Assembly (NCBI RefSeq): GCF_006345805.1
Contig: NC_043006.1
Span: 80,476,001-80,540,000, forward strand
Direction of reading: 5' to 3'
Source: Octopus sinensis
Taxonomy: Eukaryota
DNA length: 64,000 nucleotides
A program made the position numbers and the translations under genes. Below, piece after piece: positions 63,986 through 64,000 of the stretch (positions within the stretch are counted from its first letter, which is position 1; each line of letters begins with the position of its first letter). Below the pieces are notes generated by a model. The model was not told the DNA's origin. It made no database searches and worked only from the letters and a program-made list of their open reading frames with translations.

Positions 63986-64000
63986 CCTAAATATTAGTGT

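Larger units (their letters stand above)
61205..64000 (+). repeat. Tandem segmental repeat, unit 3 (partial, runs off the window)
   Basis: Matches 1-2760 and 29722-33160 (without the MULE insertion), including the Helitron-type end and the paralogue C fragment. Confidence 0.93.

Overview
Very AT-rich, microsatellite-dense animal DNA. The repeat families resemble those I recall from octopus genomes; this is an inference that needs a database check. The window is a head-to-tail tandem array of a ~30 kb unit: unit 1 is 1-29721, unit 2 is 29722-61204, and unit 3 starts at 61205. Each unit carries three minus-strand paralogues of a class-B/Methuselah-like GPCR whose coding region has no introns and whose ectodomain is Cys-rich (somatomedin-B-like domain plus two CAxCN modules). 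Paralogue B is intact (634 aa). Paralogue A is broken by -1 and -5 frameshifts, leaving a 334-aa secreted-ectodomain ORF and a still-open TM2-TM7 frame. Paralogue C is a short 5' fragment. The rest is decayed transposons (CR1-type LINEs, an RTE LINE, Tc1/mariner, FLYWCH-MULE, Helitron-type ends, SINEs) and simple repeats. The most striking structure is confined to unit 2: a 783-bp-arm palindrome with a 2-nt loop (50724-52291), built from the 7TM half of paralogue A, which could yield a long hairpin RNA. Other unit-specific changes are a five-codon all-nonsynonymous change at TM2/ECL1 between the two intact receptors and a templated MULE insertion flanked by a 62-bp duplication. No rRNA, true tRNA or CRISPR features were found.
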